Origin: a virus
Taxonomy: Duplodnaviria > Caudoviricetes
Virus record (IMG/VR): IMGVR_UViG_3300010011_000004
Location: 21,788 to 85,787 of that record
Length of the DNA stretch: 64,000 bases
Strand: one strand, 5' to 3'
In this document: positions 56,633 through 64,000 of the stretch, one piece after another
Layout of the letters: every line of letters starts with the position of its first letter
How positions within the stretch are numbered: the stretch's first letter is position 1
The notes under the pieces: model-generated
Database searches by the model: none
Told to the model about the DNA's origin: nothing
What the model saw: the letters and a program-made list of their open reading frames with translations, nothing else
Program-made: the position numbers and the translations under genes

Positions 56633-56658
56633 TCCACATCCTCCTAATTCATTTTATT

Positions 56659-57933
56659 TTAGCTTATAACTTCCAGTTCTATGGGAAGTTTTAAGCTCTT
56701 TAAATTTTTTCTTAAACTAGTTTTTATTGCATCGATATCGACATCATTAGATATAAAGTAGCTTAGTGAGTCGTGTATGGTAAAAATTGGTAATATATTC
56801 AGATCTTCATATAACAATCTAGCCAACTCTAGAACATGATCATGCACGTGCCCTTGTAAAAATTTTCTGTGCTCTTTTATTATATCACCGTCCTCCAATA
56901 AAGGTATATTCGGTATAATTATTCTACGATAAAATTCCTCAACATATAATTTGGATCTATATTCATCGATAATATATTTATTATAACATAAAAGATCCTC
57001 TTGTAAACATGTCAAAATATCTAAAACAGCAATTCCAAATACATCTTTTATTTTATCTGCATTATGCTGTCTAAATTTTTCTGCAGCGATTTCTGGCGGA
57101 TCATTTGAATGGATATATATATTCAATAAATTTTTTATTATATCACTTAATTCTGGATCTTTTCTTTTAATTAATATCCTATATTTTACCAACTTTTTCA
57201 TGAGTTCAGATTTGTGCAGTTGGCTCAATAAATTCGGTTCTGCCGATATAAAGTCGATATTTAATACTTTGCCGTATTTTATTATTTTAGAATAAAGTTT
57301 ATTCCTTATTCTTAGACTAGTTTGAATCTTTTCAGTGTTCGTCCAGTACCATCTACCGTAATGGCTAACTGTAATATCCGGTTTTAAGACGAACTCGTCA
57401 ACAGTTATTCCGTTCTCAAAATGATTTAAAAGTAAACTAGAAAACTTTAATAAATTATATCTGGCAGTATTATTTAACAACATATTGTAAAATTTATCGA
57501 CAAAAAATATTCTGTAATCATCAGCTGGAAATGGAAGATCAGCTGAAAAATAGTGTGTATTATTGCTTGTGAATAAATTTTGAATTAATTCATATCTTAA
57601 TATTATTTTGTTATCGGTGAAGTTATTCTGCAGAGGAAAATTTTTCGTTATTATTGTATTATAGTTATTTAATAAAGAAAATAATTTACGTTTTGATCGT
57701 ACATCTAATTCTGTTTTGCTCAGTTTATTATCTTCAGAGTAATATATATAATATTTATAATTTAATCGTTCTACTAGACATATATCTTCTCTAAGAACAT
57801 ACGTTCTATCCTTATTTATTATTCTCAGATAATCATTAAATAATTTGTCTATATCATTAGAATCTTCTAGTTTATTATCTTGTATTGAGGCATTAAAAAT
57901 TTTATTCCAGCTGTCGATCAGTAATTTTTTCAT
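56659..57933 (-). CDS. Degenerate family A DNA polymerase-like (palm only)
   Basis: YGRWY, motif A-like IDFISAEP, FLQG, motif C-like TIHDSL; no exonuclease domain. Confidence 0.6.
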   Translation of the reverse strand: MKKLLIDSWNKIFNASIQDNKLEDSNDIDKLFNDYLRIINKDRTYVLREDICLVERLNYKYYIYYSEDNKLSKTELDVRSKRKLFSLLNNYNTIITKNFPLQNNFTDNKIILRYELIQNLFTSNNTHYFSADLPFPADDYRIFFVDKFYNMLLNNTARYNLLKFSSLLLNHFENGITVDEFVLKPDITVSHYGRWYWTNTEKIQTSLRIRNKLYSKIIKYGKVLNIDFISAEPNLLSQLHKSELMKKLVKYRILIKRKDPELSDIIKNLLNIYIHSNDPPEIAAEKFRQHNADKIKDVFGIAVLDILTCLQEDLLCYNKYIIDEYRSKLYVEEFYRRIIIPNIPLLEDGDIIKEHRKFLQGHVHDHVLELARLLYEDLNILPIFTIHDSLSYFISNDVDIDAIKTSLRKNLKSLKLPIELEVIS

Positions 57934-57966
57934 ATCGTCAACCTCATAAGATTTGGTATATATAAC

Positions 57967-58566
57967 TTACACTCGTTTTTCCAAAAGCTGAATGTTTTTC
58001 TTAATGCTTTCGATATCTTTAACGAAATATTTGTTATCGTCTAAGTTGTAGTCATATTTTGAATAGTTCGAATAATGCCGGATGCTTACAAAATTTAACA
58101 CTGTGCCGTTTCCTATAAAATGTCTTTGCAGAAAATATTTTAGGTAGGAATATTCTTTATACCTTCCTAGATACAATATTAAAGACTTATTTGCGTGTAA
58201 TACATTTCCGAGCAGGTATTCAATTTCTTCGGCTGTTCTGACTAATGAATCGTATACAAATTCTTCCTCATCGATCGATATTTTTTTAGTTATAGGTTGC
58301 TTGTAGATATATGTTTTATAGATGTAATAATCGCTGAACTCAGAACAAATTTTGTTTATATATTCATCGGCAAATTCGTATTTAAATTTTACAATATCAA
58401 ATCTAAGAGCTAAATCAATCATTATTATAGGTAGTTTAGTATAACTAAATATTTTATCGGTTAAGTTAATATTAAACAAACGGTTAAAATTCCTGATCGC
58501 CTCGCTTTGATAAAAACTGATATTATTCATAGTGCTACACCTCTCTATAATTGTGTTAGCAATCAT
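57967..58566 (-). CDS. Hypothetical protein, 199 aa
   Basis: First gene after the minus-strand promoter. Confidence 0.6.
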   Translation of the reverse strand: MIANTIIERCSTMNNISFYQSEAIRNFNRLFNINLTDKIFSYTKLPIIMIDLALRFDIVKFKYEFADEYINKICSEFSDYYIYKTYIYKQPITKKISIDEEEFVYDSLVRTAEEIEYLLGNVLHANKSLILYLGRYKEYSYLKYFLQRHFIGNGTVLNFVSIRHYSNYSKYDYNLDDNKYFVKDIESIKKNIQLLEKRV

Positions 58567-58570
58567 TTAT

Positions 58571-58599
58571 ATTATAACATATATTAATTGGAAAGTAAA
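58571..58599 (-). promoter_or_regulatory. sigmaA-like promoter TTTACT-N17-TATAAT with extended TG
   Basis: Minus strand reads tttact ttccaattaatatatgt tataat. Confidence 0.65.
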
Positions 58600-58652
58600 A
58601 TACATCTATTCCAAAGCAAAATTAATTATATACATAAAAGAGGTGAATTGAC

Positions 58653-58898
58653 GTGCCGTTCAGCAATCTGCCTGAAAAAGCTTTTGAGATATGGGAAAAA
58701 GTTTATAATGCATCTAGAGATGCTGGCGATTCGAAAGAAAGAGCAGCTAAAAAGGCATGGGGTGCTGTTAAAAGGAGCTATAAAAAAGTTGGAGATAAAT
58801 GGGTAAGAAAATCTAAGAAATCCGTAGAATCTGGAGATATTTTGAAATATCTGAGGAGCTTAAAAAATGTCGTTGACAAGCAAAAACGTTCTGCTTAA
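58653..58898 (+). CDS. ChaB-family protein
   Basis: MPFSNLPEKAFEIW..VYN...ERAAKKAWGAVKRSYKK.GDKWV; RBS agaggtg. Confidence 0.8.
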   Translation: MPFSNLPEKAFEIWEKVYNASRDAGDSKERAAKKAWGAVKRSYKKVGDKWVRKSKKSVESGDILKYLRSLKNVVDKQKRSA

Positions 58899-59226
58899 AA
58901 TTGAAAAAGGCACGGTATTTTCGCAGAAATTCCGTTGGAAAGATAAATATAGAAATCCAATCAATTTGACAGGATTTGAGTTTAAATCTCAATTCCGATA
59001 CGAATTTGGCGATGATAATATATTATGTACTCTGACTATGGACGATGGGATTACAACTATTCCAACTGAAGGTTTAATAGAAATAGTAATTGGAGATGAT
59101 ATTACCTCTAAATTAAATATATATGATTCTGGATTATGGAGCTTAGAATATAGAAATGATACGACAAAACCTTTTAAAACTCTAATAAGAGGTAGATGGG
59201 TAGTTGAACTAGAGGTGACTGAATAG
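58867..59226 (+). CDS. BppU-N-like beta-sandwich baseplate/fibre adaptor
   Basis: KGTVF..KF.WKD...PINLTG..FKSQ.R...G.IEI.I. Confidence 0.55.
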   Translation: MSLTSKNVLLKIEKGTVFSQKFRWKDKYRNPINLTGFEFKSQFRYEFGDDNILCTLTMDDGITTIPTEGLIEIVIGDDITSKLNIYDSGLWSLEYRNDTTKPFKTLIRGRWVVELEVTE

Positions 59227-59227
59227 C

Positions 59228-60508
59228 ATGTCAAATATTATCGAAGTAGTTGAAGAAAATACTATAGTTGAAATAGTTAAAGATAATATTAACATCGAAA
59301 TAATTGATGAAATTATTGACATAATTGAGGTCGGAATACAAGGACCTCCAGGACCTCCTGGTGTCGGCATGCCTCGAGGCGGGCTAGCCGACGAATTTTT
59401 GAAGAAAAACTCTGATCTCGATTATGATTGTAAATGGGAAAAAATAAGAACTAGGCTTGAGAAATATAAAGATATTAATAATGAAGAGCTAATAGAAGGA
59501 TTATTATGGGACAATATTTCTATAGACGCAATTCAATATCACGATGGAGAAAATATAAGAACTCTTCTTTATTCTGAAGGTTCAAAAACTGATCAAATTT
59601 TGTCCGGAAGTTCGCAACCTGGTGGTAATTTAATTTTAAAATCTACATCAAGCGAAGTTAAAGGCTCGATAATTATACCAGAATTTAATTCTCCTGGGTT
59701 TATTAAAAGTAATGAGTATGGGAATATAACATCAGGACACCAGATATCATCGGAAGATCTTAAAGATGTTATAGCAGGTGATTCTGATAAATTAGACGGC
59801 CAAGATGGTACATATTATTTAGATTGGGGTAATTTTACAAATATTCCAATAGAATTTACCCCAATAGAGCACGATAATGATTATCATACAGTGAATTATA
59901 TAACTTTAAATGACGTTACTTATAGTAATCTATTTTCGTTAGGATTAATCGGAGGTGGAGCAAATCAGTTAGCAGTTGGCAATCATAATCATAATTCATT
60001 ATATTTGGGCATTAATGATAAAGCAAATGATTCTGATTTATTGGATGGAAAAGATAGCTCTTATTATACTGACGCTATAAATATAAATTACGACAATGAA
60101 GCTTCTAATTTAAAATCATCGACTGTTCAAGGTGCCATAGATGAAATAACTGATACAATTACAAATATCACAGCCTCTGATATATCGTATGATAATGAAG
60201 ATTCTAATTTAGATGCTGATAATGTTCAAGAAGCAATAGATATCATTTCATATAACTTAGATAGTCACAATCATAATGATTTATATTATACTAAAGCCGA
60301 AATAGATCAAATTACTGAGAGAAAAATATTTTATCAATCAGTACCATCACTAACTTGGGTATTAAATCATAATTTAAACTCATACCCAAATATAATTATA
60401 ATTGATAGCGCTGGTTCTGTTATAGACGGTGCTGTTTCGTATCAAGATTTAAACACTGCAATTGTACAATTTAATATACCCGTCAGCGGAATTGCAAGTG
60501 TTATTTAA
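59228..60508 (+). CDS. Tail fibre/virion fibre protein
   Basis: Collagen-like GIQGPPGPPG, HNH repeats, DxxLDG motifs, C-terminal NHNL domain. Confidence 0.7.
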   Translation: MSNIIEVVEENTIVEIVKDNINIEIIDEIIDIIEVGIQGPPGPPGVGMPRGGLADEFLKKNSDLDYDCKWEKIRTRLEKYKDINNEELIEGLLWDNISIDAIQYHDGENIRTLLYSEGSKTDQILSGSSQPGGNLILKSTSSEVKGSIIIPEFNSPGFIKSNEYGNITSGHQISSEDLKDVIAGDSDKLDGQDGTYYLDWGNFTNIPIEFTPIEHDNDYHTVNYITLNDVTYSNLFSLGLIGGGANQLAVGNHNHNSLYLGINDKANDSDLLDGKDSSYYTDAININYDNEASNLKSSTVQGAIDEITDTITNITASDISYDNEDSNLDADNVQEAIDIISYNLDSHNHNDLYYTKAEIDQITERKIFYQSVPSLTWVLNHNLNSYPNIIIIDSAGSVIDGAVSYQDLNTAIVQFNIPVSGIASVI

Positions 60509-60525
60509 AAGGAGAGGGTAAATAT

Positions 60526-62592
60526 ATGGCTACAAAGATTATTACTATAAACCACAATTTTGAAGGAAACGAAATACAAAACGTATCTCTTCAAAAATTG
60601 TCTACAGATCCGCAATATGAAGCACTTAAGCCAGGAATGATATGGGTTAATACAAATTCTAAACAAATTAAATTTTTTGACGGTTCAACAATAAGATCAT
60701 TATTTTGGTCATCAGGATTAGGTAACGGACAAACTGTCACTGGTGGAGAAACTGCCAACGGAAATTTAATACTTCAATCTACGTCAGATGCTGCTAAAGG
60801 TTCAATTCTAATTCCTGAGTTTTCAACCGCAGGATTTTTAAAAAATGACGGTACAGGAAAAATAACAGGTGGTAATACTTTATCAGCGTCTGATATACCA
60901 GCGCATAATTCTTCAAATAATATTTACGGTGCTGCAAGTAAATCTGAATATGGACATGTAAAAATTAGCGACGGTATATATGTATCATCTGGCATTATCG
61001 GTATAGATTTAGTTGATAATGGCGGTTTAACTTTATCAGGAGCTACACCGAATAAAAAATTATCTATAGATACAGCTATAGTTGCTACATTAACTGATAC
61101 ACAAACTTTAACTAATAAAACACTTACGGATCCTATAATTCCTTCTTTATATCAAGATGTTAGCAAAACATACAAAATATCATTTCCTGCAGTAACAGAT
61201 ACTGTTGTTACATTAACAGCAGTACAAACATTAACTAATAAAACATTGACTACACCAACAATAAATGATTTTACAAACGCCGGTCATAATCATACAAATG
61301 CTGTTAATGGTGGGCAATTAGATCACGGCACTTCAATGACTAGCAGCTCTTTATTAGATGATGATCATACACAATATATGCTACTAAATGGAAGAGCCGG
61401 GGGTCAAACATTAATCGGTGGTACCGCATCTGGTAATAATATCACAATAAAGACTACAAGTCATACCACTAAAGGTAAATACATATTTTCCGACTTAACA
61501 GCAAACGGTATTGTTAAAATTGCTGCAGATAATTCATTAACTTCCGGAAAAATCGTTGTTGGTGATCTTGACAACACGCTATTATCTACTGATACTACTT
61601 TGGGTGGCTCATCGGCGTCCGATAGTGTAATTTCATCGCAGAAGGCTATTAAAACTTATGTCGATATGGCTATAACCGGATTATCGTGGAAACATGAAGT
61701 TGTTGCAGCTACTACTGGTAATATTACATTATCTGGAGAGCAAACTATTGATGGTATTGCAGTAAAAGCCGGAGATAGAGTATTAGTTAAAAATCAAACA
61801 AATAAAACCCAAAATGGTATATATATCGTTTCAACCGGAGCTTGGCAAAGAGCACCAGACGCTGACACTGCTGATGAATTAGCGAAAGCCGCAGTGTTTG
61901 TTGGCGGAGGTAACACACACGCTAATACAGCATGGGTATGTTCGAATCTTACGATTACTGAATGGACGACTGATATTGAATTTGTACAGTTTACAGGAGC
62001 TGCCTCTATTATTGCCGGTACTGGTATATCAATAAGTGGAAATACTATATCTATTGATTCTTCAGTAGTAACATTAACTGGCACACAAACACTAACAAAT
62101 AAAACGTTAACTACACCAAGTATAAGTAGTTTTGCAAATGCTACGCATAATCATACAAATGCTGCTGGTGGAGGACAATTAACAGATGCCGCATTTAGTT
62201 CAGCTATAGGTACCACTAAAGGTGGTACTGGATTAACATCGTATGCTCTTGGCGATATAATTTATGCATCTGCTGCAAATACACTATCAAAATTAGCAGG
62301 TAATATTACCACAGATACTAAAATACTGACACAAACCGGTACAGGTAGTACATCTGCTGCTCCTGTGTGGAAAAAATATAAGCATGAACAGACAATAGGA
62401 AATGGTACTGCTACACAGTTTACGATAAATCATAATTTAAATACCAGAGCGTGTACAATTTCTGTATGGAGAAATGCACCACCATATGATGAAATAGATT
62501 ATTATGTTGAAAAGACTGATTTAAATAACGTTACATTATATTTTAATAGACCACTAACTTCTAACGAATTTTCAGTTGTGGTAATAGGATAA
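60526..62592 (+). CDS. Tail fibre protein
   Basis: Thr/Gly-rich, LTNKTLT repeats, GDRVLVKNQT module, C-terminal INHNLNT domain. Confidence 0.75.
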   Translation: MATKIITINHNFEGNEIQNVSLQKLSTDPQYEALKPGMIWVNTNSKQIKFFDGSTIRSLFWSSGLGNGQTVTGGETANGNLILQSTSDAAKGSILIPEFSTAGFLKNDGTGKITGGNTLSASDIPAHNSSNNIYGAASKSEYGHVKISDGIYVSSGIIGIDLVDNGGLTLSGATPNKKLSIDTAIVATLTDTQTLTNKTLTDPIIPSLYQDVSKTYKISFPAVTDTVVTLTAVQTLTNKTLTTPTINDFTNAGHNHTNAVNGGQLDHGTSMTSSSLLDDDHTQYMLLNGRAGGQTLIGGTASGNNITIKTTSHTTKGKYIFSDLTANGIVKIAADNSLTSGKIVVGDLDNTLLSTDTTLGGSSASDSVISSQKAIKTYVDMAITGLSWKHEVVAATTGNITLSGEQTIDGIAVKAGDRVLVKNQTNKTQNGIYIVSTGAWQRAPDADTADELAKAAVFVGGGNTHANTAWVCSNLTITEWTTDIEFVQFTGAASIIAGTGISISGNTISIDSSVVTLTGTQTLTNKTLTTPSISSFANATHNHTNAAGGGQLTDAAFSSAIGTTKGGTGLTSYALGDIIYASAANTLSKLAGNITTDTKILTQTGTGSTSAAPVWKKYKHEQTIGNGTATQFTINHNLNTRACTISVWRNAPPYDEIDYYVEKTDLNNVTLYFNRPLTSNEFSVVVIG

Positions 62593-62620
62593 AGCATAAC
62601 AGAGCGAGAGGATAATATAA

Positions 62621-64000
62621 ATGGCAGAAAAAGCAAGAGAAGATTTAGCCCCGAAATCTCTAACTATATTGACTAGAGATGTGTCGTTGGGAGAATTAAA
62701 TGATATATTGAATACATCTACCGGGCACAATCATGATGGAAGTAATTCTAGAAAAATTTCTTATAATAATTTATTAGATATACCATCTTCATTTATGCCA
62801 TCTTCCCACGAACATGCCGCGACAGACATTACATCTGGTACATTTGATACTGCAAGATTGTCTGGTACTTATAATATAAGTATATCCGGTAATGCTGCCA
62901 CTGCTACTGATGCTGATACTCTAGATAGTTTACATGCTAGTTCTTTTATAAATGGAACACATACGTCTTTTAGTGCTTTAAATATACCAGTTGGTTGGTA
63001 TACCATAGCAACAAATGTCGGCGACAGAGCAATTGCTAGATTTGGCTTAAAAGATATACAAAGCGGGAGGCATCAGAATGTAATTTTTTACGCTTCTCAT
63101 ATGTATGGAAATGACTCTTCAAATGTTATAACCGTTTTGCACGAATCAAGATACGCCGCATCTCCATTTAGATATATTAGAATTAAAGAAAATGGTACAT
63201 ATGATGGAGCAGCTCTTCAAGTATATATAGATGATGCAAGTAACAGTGTAACATGTTATCTTCTGGGAGATAATTTTCAAAATTCGGGTTGGGTTCTACA
63301 AAACTGGATCCCTGATGCTACAACACCTCCTTTAGTTAAAAATTACGGAACTTTTACTGTAAAATCACAAGTAGATCTAGATCAAATTCTTCAAGGTGGG
63401 ATAGTTACTACAGGGGAAATATATGCTGGTGGACCGACGATTCAAAATAAAGTTTGGCATGCCGCTAATGATGGAGCTAATTCTGGTTTAGATGCAGATT
63501 TGCTTGATGGTAGTGAAGGATCATATTATTTAAATTGGAATAATTTCACTAATATTCCTGCTACATTTACCCCCTCATCTCATGGTAATGAAGCTCATTC
63601 TAGCGCGTTTATTACTGCTTCAGATGTTACGTATGCCAACCTAAATGCCAACGGAAGTGTTGGTACAGGCAGTACTCAAGTAGCTAGAGGTGATCATGAT
63701 CATAATAGCGTATACCTTAAATTAGCTGGCGGAACGCTAACTGGAAACCTAAAAATTTCAGGAACTACGAAAGCAGATGGTGTTTTATACGCTGGAACTA
63801 CAAACCCGACTAATACTACAAGACTAAATTACGACGGATATTTTTATGCTACACAATTAACGTCTACAATAGCTACTGGAACTGCTCCATTAGTGGTTTC
63901 ATCTACTACAGCAGTTACTAACTTAAATGCTGATATGCTAGATGGAAATCACGCGTCTGATTTTATGCCCGCGTCATTATATACAGCAAAGGGAGATCTC
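62621..64000 (+). CDS. Tail fibre protein (partial, runs off window end; not in ORF track)
   Basis: ATG 62621 after RBS gagagg; MAEKARED...TGHNHDG...DADLLDG...GDHDH; open to the end of the window. Confidence 0.8.
   Translation, partial: MAEKAREDLAPKSLTILTRDVSLGELNDILNTSTGHNHDGSNSRKISYNNLLDIPSSFMPSSHEHAATDITSGTFDTARLSGTYNISISGNAATATDADTLDSLHASSFINGTHTSFSALNIPVGWYTIATNVGDRAIARFGLKDIQSGRHQNVIFYASHMYGNDSSNVITVLHESRYAASPFRYIRIKENGTYDGAALQVYIDDASNSVTCYLLGDNFQNSGWVLQNWIPDATTPPLVKNYGTFTVKSQVDLDQILQGGIVTTGEIYAGGPTIQNKVWHAANDGANSGLDADLLDGSEGSYYLNWNNFTNIPATFTPSSHGNEAHSSAFITASDVTYANLNANGSVGTGSTQVARGDHDHNSVYLKLAGGTLTGNLKISGTTKADGVLYAGTTNPTNTTRLNYDGYFYATQLTSTIATGTAPLVVSSTTAVTNLNADMLDGNHASDFMPASLYTAKGDL

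Noticed and set aside
1-64000. Stop-codon reassignment (alternative genetic code)
   Set aside because: Core genes translate full length with the standard code; the two split genes are explained by an intron and an intein.

Overview
This is a 64-kb segment (about 30% GC) of a large T4-like myophage. Firmicute-type AGGAGG RBSs, sigmaA-like promoters and IS200/IS605 cargo point to a low-GC Gram-positive, probably anaerobic, host (inference). Replication and nucleotide genes: DnaB/gp41 helicase, clamp loader, clamp, RNase H/FEN, Mre11/Rad50, family B polymerase, gp32-like SSB, class II RNR, ThyX and a dCMP-hydroxymethylase-like enzyme. Head and tail genes: terminase, portal, prohead protease, scaffold, major capsid, neck, sheath, tube and tail fibres. 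Highlights: (1) NrdJ is broken by a naturally split intein, with a free-standing endonuclease between the halves. (2) A 282-nt ORF-less group I intron interrupts the major capsid gene. (3) A layered counter-defence set is present: an AcrIII-1-like ring nuclease, a probable cytosine-modification enzyme and two orphan Panacea/SocA-like proteins. (4) There are two TnpB elements, an internally deleted IscB element with an apparently intact omegaRNA, and a 39-bp end-fusion mini-element. (5) Two free-standing, catalytically degenerate Hint-fold proteins occur. (6) A candidate -1 frameshift lies just downstream of the tail tube gene. (7) Two abutting perfect 40-bp palindromes mark a candidate origin. 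(8) A degenerate PolA-like palm protein and two sigma-like factors are encoded. All protein calls come from motifs recognised by eye; no database search was run. No CRISPR array, tRNA or rRNA was seen.
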